Source: Styela clava | Lineage: Eukaryota | NCBI RefSeq assembly: GCF_964204865.1 | Contig: NC_135263.1 | Coordinates: 9,424,001-9,488,000, forward strand | Direction: 5' to 3' | DNA length: 64,000 nucleotides | Part shown: piece by piece, positions 25,188-38,636 of the stretch | How positions within the stretch are numbered: position 1 is the first letter of the stretch | How the letters are laid out: each line of letters opens with the position of its first letter | The notes under the pieces: generated by a model | Databases searched by the model: none | The model's input: only the letters and a program-made list of their open reading frames with translations | What the model was told of the DNA's origin: nothing | Program-made: the position numbers and the translations under genes

Positions 25188-26673
25188 AAACGTTATAGGA
25201 ATATATTTGTGTTAGTATGCAGCAAGACTATTGAATCACTTAGAATGACATAACAATTGCAGTTTTTGCAGCCGCTCAGACAGATGTTCAAGCAGGCTTC
25301 GTTTTCATAGTTTTGCGTGTTACAGTGTTATTTGTCAGTTTTTAGTTATGTTTCCAAAAAATAGTTGTATGCCTTAATTCAGTAATTGTATTTTGCCTTC
25401 CGAGAAGCTTTAGTTTGGTTGCGGTAATCAAAATTCTCGCAAACGACGTGATTATCTAGGCTAAAATCATCTATCAGTAGACTAAATGTGCAAGCGGCAC
25501 GTGGTTAGATAATTTTAGTAAAAACGATGCCTTCAAAAATGTGAAGCAGTTTATAATCGCCAACACTTCAAACCAATCATAAATTGCAATAGTAGCATAT
25601 CGGGAGAATTTTCTGAAGTATATATATATATATCGCAAGTTAAAGAGAAACATGTGCATTTATTCGTCCTAAAGCGGTATACATGATGTATTGTATATAC
25701 CTGAATTCAAAAAATAGTGCTGTCCGCTTAATATATATTCCCTTTTTTGGCTTTTTGATGTTTTTAAATTTTTTATGTGGATGCCAGCTTAACTGTATTA
25801 TGTCGGATATACATTCTAATTCTGCCATTCAATAATCCTTCTTAGTTGTAAACCCTTAATCGTGCTGAAGTGGAAACCATCATGATAGCAACCTAAACTA
25901 CAAATTTTAGTAGGATTTAACATTTGATGTGGCTCACAAAATCAACTGATGGTTCTGAATCAGCATATTGCGAACTGTGCAAATCGACAATTGTGCTAGG
26001 AGTTTCAAATCATGAGTTTTTTTTATATATACTTGTTAAAATTTTTGACTTTTCTTCGTCTTGATTTAGCTTTTTTTCATCACTTGAATATAGCAAACCT
26101 GGTCTAGAATAGACTGACAAATGATGCTACAATACCTTCCGCAGTATGCGAAAGTTATTGTCTCACTCCACGTGTGATGGATTTTATTCGCAATGGTAGC
26201 AGTGGTATCAAAATGCCCAAGTTGTTCTAATTCTAAGCAATCGAAGAATCGTGTTTGGAGGAAATTGTAAATTAGATACTGAAGTTTGATCAGTCATGTA
26301 ACATTCATAGTTTGAGAAAAAATTGCCATATTGAGTGCCCTTTCTTTTTTGTGTAGGACCTTATTACCGATCAGTCGATCGATCTTTTTTGAAGATTTTA
26401 GTCGATCGCGGTAAGAAGCATGTTGGCCACTCCTGGCCTATACGATAACATTACTGAAACATTATACGAACATAAAAGCTTTTGCAACTCATATAAAAAA
26501 AAGTTGTGACGTGTTAATACAAAAAGTCTTAAAGTTCCGAATAGTCCGAATTTCTGAATTCCTGAAAAGCCTGTTTTTATTGTATATTCTGCAATTCTGC
26601 TTAGTATCTTTCATTCATTCAAAACAAATAAAATTTTAATTGTAAAAACATCATAGTTAATGGTTCTTTAGGC

Positions 26674-27124
26674 CAGGGGTGTGCAACCTTTTTTATTGGC
26701 GGGCCAAATACAAGTAACTGGGTGAAGCCGCGGGCCGCAACTTTATTTAATTTTGACTTTCTGGTAGGTGCAAGCACAAAAATTGCCTATATTATTTATT
26801 GATCTCACGGCATTATTAGGGGTTCTTGCAGAAATAGTAGATTTAAAACGCATAAACTTCTGAAGAAACTGCTATTTAAATTTTTTGTCACACCGACTTC
26901 AAACGAATGCAGTGAGAAACACGTTTTTGTAATATAAATCGTGTATTTTGCAACAGAATTTTGCTAGCTTGTTTTGCTAATATGACTGGTATGGGCTTTG
27001 CGACGAAAAAGAATAAATACTCGTTTTGCGGGTACACCATTCGAAATTGTTATTTCTCCGCGGGCCGCATAACTTCTTCTTGCCGGCCGCATTTGACCCG
27101 AGGGCCGCAGTTTGCACACCCCTG
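26674..27124. mobile_element. hAT (Charlie-like) MITE, 451 bp
   Basis: TIR CAGGGGTGTGCAA / TTGCACACCCCTG; perfect 8-bp TSD CTTTAGGC (26666-26673, 27125-27132). Confidence 0.93.
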
Positions 27125-27701
27125 CTTTAGGCCATTGTAGTCAAAGAGAAAGTAGTAAACGTTTACAGCAATGTTTGTGACTGCCGTATTTGTAACGTTA
27201 TTGTGAATAATAGAAAAGCGACAGCTATAGCAAAGCAACATGTATCATGCTCCCATAAAACGTGTACTGAATCAATGCAATAAAATATTGTATGTTCGGG
27301 ATTGATACTATTTGGACAGATTTATCTTTTAAACAAAGTAATTTGAAATAGTGCCCCAATAAAGGATTTATCATAATAGAATTGTTCAAGCATCAGTTGG
27401 CACCGTGAAAGGAATACAAAATGAATATTGAGTTTCGTTCGACGTGAACAAGATCCTAGATAAGTATCCAACAATGTTTACTAGACCCGTTCATTCTATT
27501 ATATAAATACGAGTGATTTACTAAACTTTGAGTGAGGCAGTGAAAATCGTAATCATTTATGATAAACTGTATTTATTTCGATCATCAAATACTGAAAAAG
27601 TTATTACTTTTTAGCTGCCATAAACAGTTATCTTCAGTTAACCGTTAGTGTAACGTTTGGAAGTAGTAGGCAGTGGAAGTAACATATCAATAAGTCTTAA
27701 A

Positions 27702-28967
27702 ATGTGTCGCCAAATTTTTGCTTTGGTATTAGTCTGCTTAGTTCAGGGACCAACCGCAGCTTTTGATAATAACCCCGCATGTCAACAAATTGAAAACTTT
27801 TACCAAACTCTTTGCTCTCGTGACGGCACACCAGCAGGAGTAACAACTAATGTTGCCTCTTATCAAGGACGTCCGGGCAAGAGAGGTCCGCCAGGACAAA
27901 AGGGTGAAGTTGGTGAAGAAGGCGCATTGGGTCCTGCTGCAATGGTGGATTATTATCGTATAGAATCAGAAATTGAGAGAAAAATTTCATTAGGTAATTA
28001 TTTCATTGCATTAGCTTTGTAATTTAGAATTTTTTATTGCACATTGGCAACTTCCCAAAAGACGAATAAAGTCGTTTTTACGTTTTACAGTTCAAAGACA
28101 ATCGAACGTAAAGTTGAATACGCTGACTGCACAAGTTGAAAATTTGAAGGAAAGAATCAGAACATTGGAACTCAGACAAGGTAATATAGAGTGATAAACT
28201 CAAAAATGAAAACCAATATTAACGAGTGAATTAATAATTTAATAATGTTAAAATTCAATCTGATCGCGAATATTTCGGCTGTTACTTTTCAGGTGTATGT
28301 GATATCAAATACGACGGAAAATGTTTCTGGGTCGAAGTTCGCGATCATTGGTTTTCTGGATATGAAGAAGCAGCCGCATTATGTGCAAAAAAGAACGGAG
28401 CTCCGGCAAATATTTATTCTGCAGAACATTTCAACTTAATTATGCCTTATTTGCGCACAAAAATAATGGCCGGAAGAGAGTACATTCATCTTTGGCTTGG
28501 GATGCGATACAACCCTCGGGTATGATTTGTATAAAGCAAACTCGAATAGAATAGTGACTTCAATGAAATATCAACTATGTGCGTGTGTTATTAAATCCTA
28601 GCTGAATATTTCTACAACATTATTGCAACATTACTAGCAGGCGAGTTATAACAATTCGTTATATTAAACTCGACCTACAAATTCACCAAATATGTGAAGC
28701 TATGAAGCTTCAGAATGATCATAAAACTTTTTCCAGGTGCAGTTTTACGAGCATTTTAATATATTTTTATTTATTCAGACCAATTTGTTGACGCTGTCTG
28801 ACGGAAGACCTGCATTGTTTAAGCAGATGTACCCAGGTTATCCTACTAAAAACGTTAAATATACACACATGACAATCGTGCAAAGAATTCCATCAAGTCT
28901 TACCAACATCGGTTTTCATAATTTCGACCCGATTTTACAAAGGGAGGGCGCTCTTTGTGAAATTTAA
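27702..28967 (+). CDS. Collectin-like protein A (signal peptide, C-x10-C, 8 Gly-X-Y, neck, C-type lectin-like domain); exons 27702-27993, 28091-28180, 28293-28519, 28779-28967 (265 aa)
   Basis: MCRQIFALVLVCLVQG..CQQIENFYQTLC..QGRPGKRGPPGQKGEVG; CTLD CDIKYDGKCFW..YEEAAALC..PANIYS..HLWLGM..ALCEI*. GT-AG junctions, AATAAA about 30 nt after the stop. Confidence 0.9.
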
Positions 28968-29177
28968 TGGATCAATGTTATTTGATGAGTGGAGCAATAA
29001 AACTTTTAATTTATAATTACCATTGGAGGATAATTCGAGTAATTTTGTAGAATAGCGTTATTGTAAATATGTATGTGGTAAAAGCATAAGAATGTACTTT
29101 TATAAATAACAAAAATAAATAGCATGTCAGAAATTGTATAAACTGTCATGTTTTTGAGACTAAGTAGAGGTTGCATG

Positions 29178-30274
29178 CAGTGGCGTGCCTAAAGGGGGGC
29201 GAAGGGGGCAGTCGCCCCGGGCAGCACGTATAGGGGCAGCAGAACGGAGCTTTAGTTTGCGTGTACACGTGTTTTTCTCGACGTGTTATTATTCAATTGG
29301 AAGCTGACATAAGGTGTTCAGACTTTTGTGACTAACTGTGGTGATGGTGAGTCAACAATGGATGTTTCCCGACTATTGAGCCCAGAAAAACTCTTCCCAT
29401 ACTCCACGATTGCAACATTTTTGATGCTCGTTTTCAGTGTGGTTTCGCGAGTTAGTGCCTTAAACTGTTGTTCCTGTAGTACCTTAAAATATGTTTCAAA
29501 CGATTATTTTAATCCAAAATATGTAAACCTGATATTTGGAAGTATCAGTAAAAAAGTTTAGCCTAGTTTTTTTTACAGCTATTTCCAGTCCAGTTTTTGA
29601 TTAGAGTATTGAAGTAGACAGAATAATCATTGAATTATTTGATCCGCACTGAAATTTCCGAAACTCAACCAAAAACTGACAAATATAGCACACAAAAAAG
29701 TGAAAAGGTAATGTTTACAATCATGCGAGGAAATCTGTCTGTGTGGCTACTAAAATGTTTACTGGTGCGTCGCTTTTTCGACATGGAAACAGATATTTTC
29801 CAAAAAATGTTGAAGATTTCATTGCTTTGTTTATTGGGCTCGACTGGAATGTTTTCCATACACTGTTCATTATTCCTAAATATTCATAATTGGCTATTCA
29901 ATTGCTAGTTGCGAAGATCTTTCTCAAAGTTGAAACAGATAAAAACATATTTAATGTCTTCGATGTCAAATCAGGGTCTGTCAAGTTTATCTTTGATCAG
30001 CATCGAAAAGGAATTCCTGACTAACGAGATGAAAGAGCTTGTTGTTCTGACATTTGTAGCGAATGAACATGTTTTTGCTAATAAATGTGTTCGATCTTGT
30101 AAATATGAGTTTGTTTTTAGGTTGATGATTTATTTAATAAAACAAACGTTTACATTTATTCTCATGCATAACAACATCTATTAATTGTTCATTCCACAAA
30201 ATCTTTTTGAATTTAGATATATGCGAATTATCCGAAACTCGCACCGGGCAGCAGGATAGTTTGGCACGCCCCTG
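29178..30274 (+). mobile_element. hAT (Tip100/ZMYM1-like) deletion derivative with a dimerization-domain remnant
   Basis: TIR CAGTGGCGTGCC / GGCACGCCCCTG; perfect 8-bp TSD GTTGCATG (29170-29177, 30275-30282). RRSFSKLKQIKTYLMSSMSNQGLSSLSLISIE (about 29912-30010) matches the hAT C-terminal motif. Confidence 0.9.
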
Positions 30275-30633
30275 GTTGCATGTGACAATGTAAAAAAAAC
30301 TTGCCATCTAGTGACAAACTTAGCGATAATACAAATCCCAAATCATACGTCTGGCATTCTACGTGTATATTTGAAGACATTAATTCCAACTAACTACCGC
30401 TAAACTTCCACACTGGAATTACGATGCAACCTGTCGGCGTTCGACTTGTGCCGCCGTCTTTTCTAATTCTTATTGCGCAATTGCGTATATTGCGAAATAG
30501 TGCATTGAATCTATCATTAATTGCATAAATGAATATTAACGATGTTTTTCGGAATATCTATCAGATTATATATAAGATTGCTGCAAGTCACTCAGTTATG
30601 AAGTTAAGGGTAACTATCTATTATTTTGCTCAT

Positions 30634-33600
30634 TTATTCTCCAGTTCTTCTTTTCCTGGCGCCAATCATTTGTTGAGATATTTTATTCCTTCTGTATGCA
30701 AGTCCTACGAATGCCATCATATCAATAAATAATGTGGTTGGGTTCAATTTGCTGATTCCAAATTCACTTGTAGAGTAGTCTTGGGGAAATGCATGATGAT
30801 AGTTATGAAAACCTTCACCTGTTGACAAAAAGTTATAATAAATATATAAATCAAATGGTAAATAAACGATATTCACAATCATCAGCTTGAATTTTGTTTA
30901 AAGTCGTGTTTGTTTCGCGTTGGTCTTGAGATAATAAAGTAGGACAAGGAAGGGCGGCATTTCCAAATCTTCAAAAATGTTGGTTTCGAGCTCATCCTAA
31001 TATTTTCTATTCTCAGACAAGATATGAAGAGAATTTTAGTAGACTGCAATCTGACGCATAACATCTTTTAGAGTGAATGACTTACCCATAGCAAAAAAAG
31101 CAACAATTTTATTTTCTCTGGGATTGATGGAGACATCATATGGTCGAGATCCCAACAAATGTGCAAAACTATTCACTGAGAACGCCGCATTGAGCAATAC
31201 ACAATATCTTGCAACGCATGCGCAATATGAATTCCAGAGTGTCTCTTCCCACATGTAGTACGGAATCAAAGTCGGTATGACAAAACACAGTATCAGGGCC
31301 ATAGGAATAAAATACCTGTTGCAAATATAAGTAAATAGTACTGAAGGTGTGGTATGCTGAGGTGAATAAGTCTATTGGAAATAAGTTTGAATTTTGCTCT
31401 TTCTAGCCGAGCCTATTTAGTATTAGGTAGCCTATAATGGTGGTTCCGGGCAATTTATACGGTTCCATTACATTTGAACCCACGTACATTTGAACCCACA
31501 ACAATTGCATCTGCATACTATTGCACCTGTGGAATTTTGTTTTTTGTTTTACGAGTATTTGAACCCATACTAACCCTAACTCATGGGTTTTAGCACCCGC
31601 ATATAGATTGAACCCGCGGATATACACATGGGTTCAAATGTACGTGGGTTCAAATGTACGGTCACCATTTATAGGAATATCTAACAATAACTGCGAGAGA
31701 AAGTGCGATACAACCATTTAACCTATCGCAGACAATAGTCGAGCTAAGACGTGTTTCAACTTGTCATTCGTGGTCACCTGCGCTGCCACATTACTACAGG
31801 ATCCTCTTTTAAGTCATCAAGAGAAAGCTTTTTTCCATTTTTTATTACATCTGGATGTTTTTTAACCAGATGGCAACCAATATGACTGAAGAAAAGGCCT
31901 CGCCTGGCATTGTGTGGATCGCCATCTGTTTCTGAACATTTGTGATGCGTTCGATGATCTCGACACCAATCATAAATAGGAACCTGACGTAAACATAAAA
32001 GTGTGTATATGAATTATTCTCCTGTGAATATGAATATCCATATATACAAAAACACTCCGCGAAATAATGAACATTACAGTTGCTTATAAATTTTGCTTTG
32101 TGACTTGGCGAAAAGTTGGGCATTAGGGTGAATGAGAGAGTTTTCCAGGTATGTGGGGTAATGTGTTTTAAAAAGTACCAAGGCTTAAAGTCGACTTATT
32201 TATGTAAGTATATCTAGTGATATCTCCGAGTTTCATAATGTTATTTTCAATGGCCTCACTGTTGTTACACGTCAAATACTCACTGGAAAATAAAGACGAG
32301 TCTATTACTCCCAAGTCGCGATGTATTTTATCATTGTCCAATAAATATTTATATATTTAATCTAGTCAATATACGTTGAAAGTTTTTTCAGGTATATTAT
32401 TTCTTGATTTGGTATCATGAGAATGCTCAATAGACGGGTTTAGCTTTGTGGTATTCATTACATATCCAAATAAGACATAGGAAATTTGTTTTATTTCCAA
32501 TAAAGCCAGTCGATCACCCACCTGCCATGCCATACAGTTCACAATTGCCAGAAAAATTCTGAGAGGTAATTTTGCTTTATAGGATCTATGACTCCACAGC
32601 CTATGAGCTCCTGCAGTTACGCCCAGACCAGAAAGTATATACATGACTGAGGCTGAAAATTATTATATATTTTCTAATTTATAATCTAAATTGGAAAATG
32701 TTTGAAAAGGATAGCTATGCTTCATAACATTTTTCCACTTATGATATATATTTATAACTAGTTGATAAATTTATGACAAATATACGTTTTTAAATAAATT
32801 ATATAACTATGAAGAAATGCATCTTAAGCAGAAGATCCAATATTCACATGCCAGTAACTTAATCTATTTCAGCAATGTTGATCTGTTATCAGTGCGATGT
32901 TAGAGATGCGATGTTGCAAGCCTAGCTGATTTTTTTTATCTGACAATTACTCGAAAACTAAGAAAACTGGAATAAATAAATTGTCAACTGTGCTAAATAT
33001 ATATATTGTGTGTTTTAGTTGAAAAAAGACAACAGGTCCCTTTACTTTTAGTTTACTGTTTCAATAGTCTAAGTGAAACTTGAACATACCTAAAAAAATT
33101 GTGTTCATCTTAAACGTGTGCACGCTTGTCAAAGTATAAATGAATATTATATGAACATATAGGAGGACTATTATTTTCTTCCATATCAGATCATTCCAAT
33201 AATTTCTTTTGCTGGGTTCTGAAAAGAATTACAAAAAGTTTTTGTCAATATTGAACAATAAAAATTAATTCATTTTCAATGAACGTCTTTATAAAATTGG
33301 TATTTAGCAATTCAACGTTTGTCAAGTTATAATGCATGCAATAACGCATGCATGAATCACAGGAAGCACGCCACTGATAACTTTATTTAGAAATTAAAAT
33401 GGCTATTACACCGTAATGGAATAAAAATAGGTAAGTCAAAAAAACAATCCAAGTATTCTATCAGTTAAGCCTAGCTTATGCAACAGCCGTTGTTGGCGAT
33501 GGAAACCGTAACCAATCAAACGTCCTAACAACGGCGAAATTCAATCAATTTTTCGTAACTGTTACAATAGCAGAAAAATAATACCAAATTTGCTTTTTTG

Positions 33601-34198
33601 TTTATTCTGTTTTCGATCGATACCAAATCGAGGCTATTTGCTCTAAGTAAGTTTTAGAGTCACATACTGCAGTCGGTTACCATAATATATCGATCATCTG
33701 GACCCGACTGCAAATCGTTTAATTGTATCAAGCCTATAGGATACGGCCTGAAGAAAATAACCGTGTTCAAGCATTGGATAAATATTATACACCCACTCCT
33801 TTGTTCCCCACCCTGTTCTTACCCAAAATGAATATAAATTTACTAGTTTTCAAAATGTAGCTTGTTAGTCTATTTGTTTAGGAAGCACTCGGGCGTTTTA
33901 GTTTTTTTGTGGTGAAATGGAAATCGCCACTGGAAGCTCTGGTCAACTTCGATCCTTATGCAGATAAAAGTGTCTAAACTAAACGACACAATCATACTCT
34001 ACCCGGTGGCCAAAACAGCAAACTTTATTTTATTAATTTTTGTTTTTTGATATTAATGAAGCCCACTGACAGTGGTAAATATTGACACTGAATCTATATT
34101 ATTAGGTGAAAATTAAAAAAAAAACGATAAATATTGATACCTTGGATTTCTTTGGAGTTTATTTCACATAAACGCTGAACGCAGTCATCTGAAGACAT
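30634..34198 (-). CDS. SCD: Stearoyl-CoA (delta-9-type) acyl-CoA desaturase-like; exons 34198-34141, 33218-33090, 32652-32522, 31983-31778, 31315-31086, 30818-30634
   Basis: Three His boxes: [46 protein letters not shown]; also VNSFAH..G.RPYD..INP. Splice phases are consistent; the first exon is less certain. Confidence 0.92.
31438..31667. mobile_element. MITE with tandem 16-bp subterminal inverted repeats, in an SCD intron
   Basis: (TACATTTGAACCCAC)x2 on the left, (TGGGTTCAAATGTAC)x2 on the right; TGGTG..CACCA ends; internal CTAACCCTAAC. Confidence 0.7.
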
Positions 34199-36730
34199 AT
34201 TCTAAGTTCAATATTGGCCTTAGAGTAGAAATTATTCCAACTCTTCTGAATAAGATACATACATAAAGATTCTTTGTCAATACAATTTTTTCTGAAAGGG
34301 ATTCAAATTGTTGAAAAAACGCCTACTACGAGATGACAACTCAACAATGCGAGTATCAAAACTTACTCTGATGAATCTCATTTCGTTGGGCATAGTCTGT
34401 GAACATTGCGCTTGAAGACCATACGCATGCGCACTTCATGAGCTAACTCAAGTTATCAAGAGGTATTATTCCTTTATAATTCTGCATTCTTTTGTGTTTT
34501 TATTTTTACCACATAAATGTAAATATCATCCGTTCTAACAGATTTTTTTTTCTGTGATTTCTAGCCTCCGAAGTAACCTTGGCTATGCCATCATATCACA
34601 AACATTTAAGATATCATCTACTTTTCAATATATAATAATATTTAGGCAACATTTCTTTCATACCGCGATAGATTGCCATCTGTTCTTTATATGCATCATG
34701 TCAGCATTTTCCGAGCTATCTCCGGAAACACGACGCTGCTCAAGATGTTACGAATATTTTGACAAATTGCATGCATTTTATTCATGTCGTGAATCAGAAT
34801 GCTTGCTAATACTTCAATATAATAGGTCTCAGTCAAACACCACTTTCAATGATTCTGATAGTCAAAAAAATATTAGGTATTCGTATTACTTCTCAGTTGT
34901 ATTGTGTCATTCTAAAACCCATTTATATAGCCATCGGCACGATTGGATTTAAGGATAAGTTCCTAGTGTTGATTGGAAAGCAAGATACTTTGATAATTGC
35001 ACAATAATAACTACATTGGGAAAAGTAGTAGGTCTTATACGATTAGAAAGAGTTTAACGTAATAATTTACTGATGGTCCCATATTTATCGTCTCTATTAG
35101 TTATAGAAGGCTATGATTTTATCAATAAATGATTTCTATTTTTTGACATTGTTCGTCTACAATTCTTATACTTCCAATGCAACAATACATAGGGCAACTT
35201 ATAACAGGAGTAGTCTTTTAATTACGACTGAAATTACCCTGAAGCACGATTATATAAAATGTGTTGCAATGTGAACATCTCCTTGTATAGATAATCTACC
35301 AATAAACAAATAGAGTCAAAGGCTCGTTAAACTAGAATAAATTAGAACTCGATTAATAATTTGAGGAAATTTACTAAGTGGTTGATAATATAAAATCTTG
35401 TATAAACTTGTAGCCAGGTGTATAAAGTTATTTTTTATTTGTCGTAGTTTGTGAGTTTGGCAAGAGGTACGGTATCTCCATTTCGCTGTTTTGTTTGAAT
35501 TAAACTATGCAAAGTTCCTATCTGAAAAATATAGAAATACACGGCGGTGAAAAATTGGTAACTAACTGCATTGAGTTTTTATTCTAGTCATTAATGAACC
35601 TCAAGTACCATCTAACGAAAATATACCCCCACATGAAGTTTTTCTAAGTGTGAGATATTCTGCTTGGTCTATACAAGTGCGAAAGTGAAATTTTGGTGAA
35701 ACTGTCAAATTTCGGAATAACACGACCCGGCCAGCACCGGCGGCATCTCGCGCAGAGTGATCTAGAAACTACTTTTCGGATTTCTGATTTGAGCACTTTA
35801 ATTGGTATTTATATTGTAACAACATATATATGGATTATATTAGAATGGAAGTCAAACTCTCAAGCAATCATGGCTTATCCAAGAGACGCCGTATTCGTAC
35901 GTTTAGCAAAGAATATCAAGTGGTCGAGCGCAGTGAATCCCGATCTTTTTCAGTCATGGACTTCTTTCAAAATATTATCATGCCGATGGACACTTACTTT
36001 TTTTAAGACTGACCTAGGCGCATAATTTTACACAGTTACATTACTTGATACCAGTGTTGACACCACCACATACTCCCCACACACAACTTAATGGTATAGT
36101 TTTCGATATATAGTTTGGAAACTGGTTGTTTCGTGTGTATGTGGATGCAAATGTGCTGTGACCCACAGCGCCATATGTGAGGAAACGGGATATCCGATGC
36201 TTAAAGATTAACCCAGTCGGTCACAAACGAATGCTGCTTGTTTCTCTAATTAACGCAGTGATTTTGTGCGAGTTGATGTAGCCTACGTCCAGTTATGGCC
36301 ATTATCTTCTGCGACCACATCCAACATCGTAGATGTTATGGCTCATACATTTTACTATTGTTTGTATTGCGGCCCAACAATAAAAGACAATGATATTGAA
36401 ACAACAGGCCTCAGTAAGAAACTGAATAAAAATTCAGGAATTTAAATAACCAAGCCAATGAAAAACATTGGTGAGTTAGAAAATTGATATTTTGTACATA
36501 TTGGGGATTTTCCTAAAGCAACGTTCCCCAACCGGGGAGGAATTCCCTCCGAAGGTGGAATTTTGATGTTCTAGGGGAGGAAATATCCTCAGCTAATTAT
36601 CCATATAAAATTGAACAAACACGATACTACCGCCTTTCTAAAAGCGACACAACATGCTGCTACCAATGTAGCCAAGTGTGACGTAATACCTGTAAAAATT
36701 AAGAATTATACACCGCAGCACATATCAGAA

Positions 36731-36804
36731 CCGGTGGCGCAAATAAGGCGAACAGGTAAGATAAACATGAGACCAGTTGCAAGGTTGGGTTCGAATCCCA
36801 CTGG
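36731..36804 (+). repeat. tRNA-derived sequence (SINE head or tRNA pseudogene)
   Basis: A-box-like GTGGCGCAAATAAGG and B-box GGTTCGAATCCC; CCGGTGG and CCACTGG can pair. The anticodon arm is degenerate. Confidence 0.45.
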
Positions 36805-38636
36805 GTTGATAGCTAGTTATTGAGTAGGGCTTCCCCTTGGGTCAGAGAAGAGGTTAGGAAAGCAACCGATCGGGGGGTTGGTACAGACAGGCTAGAAAAA
36901 GGAATGATTGAGAGAGATAATAAACATATAGAACCGGAGTACATATAGAGAGAAGATAGAACATATAGAGAGTCGCACAGTCATACCGAATTAATGGTCG
37001 GGAGAGATGAGGGACGTACAAAACCGAGTTTAGGAAAGAGGCCGCTAGAGAGTGACATAATCGAACCAGGCAAGGGAATCAATGAATGGGTTCCGAAAAG
37101 GTAAAGAGCAGACTGAGCCCGGGTCGGAGAAAGGGTTCAAAAGACCCCTGATAAAAATCTTTTACTAATAGTACCTGCAAAAACAATATCTTATCAAAGT
37201 ATATTTTATACTTTGAACAACCTTAGAACAATCACGACAATTCTACTTTGTTTCACTAAAGTTGTATATATATAGTATATTTCTATTTTGGGGCATTCGT
37301 GTTTGAGTGCGATTTTGTGTTTTTAAAAGTATTGACTCCTGCAACAAAAATATTTTATTAGTCTTGTATTAATAGGTCATAGAAAATAGAAACATAAGAT
37401 AGATCTATATCACGTTAAATCTTAAAACTTGCTTTTGCTTGTCAGCTGGTCAAATGCATTCGAAAACACTCGTCACAATGAATCAAACGTAAATGTCAAA
37501 ATGATGAAGACTGAAGAAACGAATTTTTGTTTGTGTTGTCAAAGGAAAATCCAGTATAGTTTTTCTTGTGCTTTATAAAACATCAAACTATGAATGCAAA
37601 TGACTCACTTAGGAATCTTGTTTATTCCTGTTTTATTCCCTCGGGATACCTCTTCACAGAATGTGTACTCGTGCTAGCATGTCAAAATAAAGAAAAGAAC
37701 GTCACATCAGTATGAACTAAAGTTACGGCATTGCTACCAAGAACGCTATGAGGACCGTGCACTAATAAGGTTGTTAGAAAACAATGTCTGGTAAACAATG
37801 ATGTAATACACATCGCCATACGTAAGATAGCTATCACACACTTCATAGTTAAATAAGTGTTGTAGTAAAGGAGGACGTCTCAATGAGAAGTCGAATAGGT
37901 TTGGTTAAATCACTGACACTCCACGTTGAACATGATTAGTTGTGGGATAGCAAGTTGACGACGTATTTTGAAATTTTCATGAAAAGGCATCACGATCTTG
38001 AATGCGAGAAAATATAGTTTATAAACAACCGGGGGAAGCGTATTCAGGAGGCAATTTTTGATTTTTTCTTTCTATGCTTTAAAGCAAATTCAATTCGATT
38101 CGAGACCTCTTGTAGAAAAGCAAATACGCTTCTAAATGTTAATGGTTTGCAAGCGACCGTTGAATGACATTTTAAACAACCATATGTGTATATACACTGG
38201 TCACACTTTTATGTATGTAAATATACACTTGAATGGGTATATTTAAATGGAAAATTCAATAGTCAACTTCAATAGTTAAAGTTTACCTTTCTGTTTTGTA
38301 TACCGACGAAACATAGGTTATCTTCCATGTCAATAATTGGACATATAGCATTTTAAATGTTATTTTAGGTGTAAGCGAAGGTGTCTTACATTCAGTCTGA
38401 ATTGAAATCTATTTAATTCAGATGTTGAAACTAGGTCTGTATCACTAAATCGGGCGGTATTGAGTTTTTCAGAGTTTTGCTGCTATATTACTATACTCTT
38501 CTTCAATCCTTGTTAGCCATATAGTGTGAAAAGTTATCGTTATCAATACAAGCCACATCATATGCAGTATAGTTACGCACGCATATGGTATAGTTTATTC
38601 ATTTTTATATGTTTCTTATACTTCTCATAGTTCTTC

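Larger units (their letters stand above)
14336..26435. mobile_element. hAT-type non-autonomous element split by the BEL/Pao insertion (arms 14336-14905 and 25188-26435)
   Basis: Termini CAGGGGGTGACCAACA / TGTTGGCCACTCCTG with GTCGATCGCG subterminal motifs. Both arms align in reverse complement to the uninterrupted relative at 60732-61847. Confidence 0.75.

Noticed and set aside
34554-36025. ORFs 34554-34952 and 35693-36025
   Set aside because: Non-ATG starts, AT-biased composition and no motifs; likely chance ORFs.
36731-36804. Functional tRNA gene
   Set aside because: The D and anticodon arms do not fold convincingly and there is no adjacent oligo-T terminator; kept only as a tRNA-derived repeat.
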